In this document: positions 59,775 to 64,000 of the stretch, one piece after another
Layout of the letters: the number at the start of each line of letters is the position of its first letter
Position numbering within the stretch: position 1 is the first letter of the stretch
Source: the human T2T-CHM13v2.0 reference genome, Homo sapiens
DNA: 64,000 nucleotides
NCBI RefSeq assembly: GCF_009914755.1
Contig: NC_060927.1
Direction: 5' to 3' (one strand)
Notes under the pieces: generated by a model
What the model saw: the letters and a program-made list of their open reading frames with translations, nothing else
Database searches by the model: none
What the model was told of the DNA's origin: nothing
Made by a program: the position numbers and the translations under genes

Positions 59775-61274
59775 TTATGAAAGCCTTTTATATAAGTTGC
59801 CATAAAAAAGTGTTAGTGACAAAAATGTAATTTGTTTTTGTATGAAATTATTATCCGTAAGATAATATGTGTAACTCAAAAATGCTTTCCGTGTAAAAGG
59901 ATAATAAATAGTATTTTAGATTTTAATCTTCTTTCTTACGTGTATTGTTGTTTTCACTCTTAGTTGCATCTGGGGCCCCGAGAATTTCTAGCAGCAGTGA
60001 TTCTTGAAATGAGTTAACAAGTTCTCTACCCAGCTCTGTGGGGGCACATGGATTTACAGTATGATTGGGTGTCTGTGGTCATGAAATTTACACATATATG
60101 GGCACATATTTGTTTTCTTTGTTGATCCAGAAAAGAATTAAAGCATTTTACAAGAATTCTTAAACTGTAACAGTACAACATAAATTAAAAATGGGGGCAA
60201 GAAAGTTAAGGAACAAAGTGGGAAATAAATAGTGCTAAAAATGCCTGTCATAAGGACCTACTCTGAGTTTTCATGCTGGGGTAACTGACCTTTGGGGACA
60301 CTGAGCTAGCCTTAATATACACATGCGTGGGTACCTGTGCCTGCCCTTTTCTTAATTCAGTGGACTATTAAAATTTCCTCCTTTATGGGCATATAGAGAT
60401 ATATTTAAAATATAGTTTACATTAAATAATATAGTATATTTAAATGGATATTTTAAAATTAATGCTATGGAAACTAGTATTTTCTTATCAACCTACTCAT
60501 AACATGGTACAAAATCTTTCCTTAATTTAAGTAGTGCACTTGAGTATAGTGAACTGAAAGTATTGCAGTTGGCAATATCTGCTCTAAGCAATAGGTATGG
60601 ATAAGTACACTTGTCTTAATTGGAGTTCAATTAAGAAATTAACATTTAATATGTTAATTGACTGTTAGAAGTACTGTCTAGAGCTTCTCTTCTTAAAACA
60701 CTAAACACTTTAAATTGAATATTGATACATGAAAGGACAATCAGAGAAGCTTTTCAGGATTGATGGGGTGGTAGAGCCAATGTAGCTTTGTTTTATAGAT
60801 ATTGTCTTGATCTTCCCCATATATTAACAAGTAATCTTCTGATTTCAGTTTGATTTTCCTTGTGGGGTCTCTTTCTAAATGAGATATTCTCACAAACTGT
60901 ATAAACTTAAAATCTAGTTTCTAGACTTAGAGTAGAAATATCAAACTCTGGAGTGTAGAGATGAGGTAGTAGCAATTGTATGACCTTTCACATTCAGCAG
61001 TGTTTCGTAAAACAAGTAGTGGAAAAATAGCAGACATAGTGGGGTTATTGGAACAAAATTTTTCATATCAGTAGTAATTGTGGCAATTACCCCACTGGAA
61101 AAGCCATAGTGCCTTGTTTCTGCAGACTAGAGCATGGGAGGAGAGAGATGATGACGTTACCTATCCAACAGGGCTGGGTGCAGATCAAAAGAAATGAATG
61201 ATTCCTGGGGAAGTACTTTGCGAATGCTGAAGATTTATGTGCGTTTAAGGTGGTATTAATTATTTTTGGCACAG

Positions 61275-61430
61275 GAAAAGAGTCAATCAGAATATTTGAA
61301 GATCAGCCAAGAAAAAGAACAGCAAGAATCTTTGGCCCTAGAAGAGTTAGAGTTGCAGAAAAAAGCAATCCTCACAGAAAGTGAAAATAAACTTCGGGAC
61401 CTTCAGCAAGAAGCAGAGACTTACAGAACT
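61275..61430 (+). CDS. GOLGA4: GOLGA4 exon (EKSQSEYLKISQEKEQQES...AETYRT)
   Basis: cag|GAA ... ACT|gtaagt; 156 nt. Confidence 0.95.
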
Positions 61431-62604
61431 GTAAGTTTTAATAATATTCAGATTCTGGAGTTGTGAAATTATTTGCATATGAAAATTTGTTGTCTCTAGT
61501 CAGTATAAAGTTTCGAAGATTACTGGATTAGATTTATGTATACATGCCCTTCATTTTTAGGTAGTGTGAGCTATGCATGGGAGTGGATTTGGCTTTAGGC
61601 TCTGTGTTTATTACATGGTGCTCCTGGTTCTGCCTTTAGCTGGCTGTATTTCTGTCAGCCACTCAGTCTGCTGCTTTTCACTGACCCTGCAGCATCTCCA
61701 TTGCATACTCACCCTTGATGTCTAGGAAGTGGGCTCATTTTGTAGGCAATACTTGCCCTGGCACCTTTCTGCTTGTCCAGGTTTATCTTATGCCATGTCC
61801 TGAACGTAATCCAGCCTCTGCTTATATCACAGTTTAATTACACTAGTGTGTGGCTTTTGCATTTGGTTTCCCCAGTTTTTCCATACTAAACATAGTCCCG
61901 TAATGAACATATTTGTGTGTATGTCCCAGAGTGTACGTTTTTTTAAAGGCCCTGTCTGATCCTTTCCTTAGCAGTATTTGAAATGTACAACCTATTTTGA
62001 AAACTAACTGATGTTTAGACTTGTTAGCTTTTTTGCTCTGATTTAGATAGTAAAACAGTCATACTTCTTACTCATAGTTCTAAACCATGCTTAATTTTTC
62101 CATCACTAACACTTGCAAAAGGTTCCATGGTGGGTGAAATGGACACTTAGGAGGCCTAGATCTTCCACTTGTTAGATTTTTAAATTAATTGTACTTTAAT
62201 TTCGTCACCTGTCACATGAAGAGATTAGATTCAGTAATTCCTTAGGACCCTAGGACCTTTCCAGCTCTGACATTCTGTGGCTCTGCCTTATTTAACTCCT
62301 TCAGAGTCAAAATTACATTTTCATGAGATAATAATAATCTTTGTTAAAATTCATATAAGTTCCTTCTTTATGAAAAAAAAAAGAACCTTCCAAATGATAA
62401 TTTTGAAGGTGGAAAAATCATACATTCTTTTTCTTCTAAAATTATGAGAATAATAAAATACTATGTAGGCCTTAAAAATTGGAAAAAACCCCAATCTTCC
62501 TACCAGAAGTTACTGTTATGAATTTTATGGTTTATTTCTTTTTACTATCCAGTTAAAGTATTATTGAAAATGTAGGTAGCTGAAAAGGTTCCCCAAGTAA
62601 ATAG

Positions 62605-62955
<351 letters not shown>

Positions 62956-63130
62956 TAATCTTTTCTTTGTTATATGATTCCTTTAGTAATTGAGCATAGA
63001 TTCTTTGTCTTTTCTAGTGTTTGGTATGATAATTTTGATCTTCAGGTAGGTGGTAGACATCATGTCTGTGTATCATTGTTAGTAGACAAGTACGTACTTT
63101 AATAAAAATGCATCTGTTTTTAATTAACAG

Positions 63131-64000
63131 AGAATTCTTGAATTGGAAAGTTCTTTGGAAAAAAGCTTACAAGAAAACAAAAATCAGTCAAAAGATTTGG
63201 CTGTTCATCTGGAAGCTGAAAAAAATAAGCACAATAAGGAGATTACAGTCATGGTTGAAAAACACAAGACAGAATTGGAAAGCCTTAAGCATCAGCAGGA
63301 TGCCCTTTGGACTGAAAAACTCCAAGTCTTAAAGCAACAATATCAGACTGAAATGGAAAAACTTAGGGAAAAGTGTGAACAAGAAAAAGAAACATTGTTG
63401 AAAGACAAAGAGATTATCTTCCAGGCCCACATAGAAGAAATGAATGAAAAGACTTTAGAAAAGCTTGATGTGAAGCAAACAGAACTAGAATCATTATCTT
63501 CTGAACTGTCAGAAGTATTAAAAGCCCGTCACAAACTAGAAGAGGAACTTTCTGTTCTGAAAGATCAAACAGATAAAATGAAGCAGGAATTAGAGGCCAA
63601 GATGGATGAACAGAAAAATCATCACCAGCAGCAAGTTGACAGTATCATTAAAGAACACGAGGTATCTATCCAGAGGACTGAGAAGGCATTAAAAGATCAA
63701 ATTAATCAACTTGAGCTTCTCTTGAAGGAAAGGGACAAGCATTTGAAAGAGCATCAGGCTCATGTAGAAAATTTAGAGGCAGATATTAAAAGGTCTGAAG
63801 GGGAACTCCAGCAGGCATCTGCTAAGCTGGACGTTTTTCAGTCTTACCAGAGTGCCACACATGAGCAGACAAAAGCATATGAGGAACAGTTGGCCCAATT
63901 GCAGCAGAAGTTGTTGGATTTGGAAACAGAAAGAATTCTTCTTACCAAACAGGTTGCTGAAGTTGAAGCACAAAAGAAAGATGTTTGTACTGAGTTAGAT
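63131..64000 (+). CDS. GOLGA4: GOLGA4 large coiled-coil exon, partial (RILELESSLEKSLQENKNQS...KKDVCTELD), runs off the window
   Basis: cag|AGA, then 290 open codons rich in E/K/Q/L up to the window end; probably absent from the ORF track because no stop falls in the window. Confidence 0.96.

Noticed and set aside
63108-63332. 74-aa + strand ORF
   Set aside because: An alternative frame overlapping the true GOLGA4 exon.

Overview
Human-like (primate), Alu-dense intronic DNA containing internal exons of GOLGA4 (golgin-245/p230, a trans-Golgi GRIP-domain coiled-coil tether) on the + strand. The start and end of the gene lie outside the window. I traced 12 phase-compatible GT-AG exons from 21357 to the window end, plus a 66-nt in-frame cassette exon (12934-12999) and a candidate 99-nt in-frame cassette exon (6240-6338). 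One intron holds a full-length, sense-oriented processed copy of TCEA1/TFIIS (probably TCEA1P2, 14934-17558) with target-site duplication (TSD), poly(A) signal and tail, and an intact 301-codon ORF. Other elements: a solo LTR8-like ERV1 LTR 43 nt upstream of an exon, about 50 Alus (two very young, Yb- and Ya5-type), several hAT/Tigger DNA-transposon fossils, and microsatellites. The 13-kb intron (41733-54821) has a cluster of acceptor-like sites and splicing-regulator motifs. Gene, protein and repeat identities come from recall of known sequences, not database searches, and repeat boundaries are approximate unless a TSD is given.
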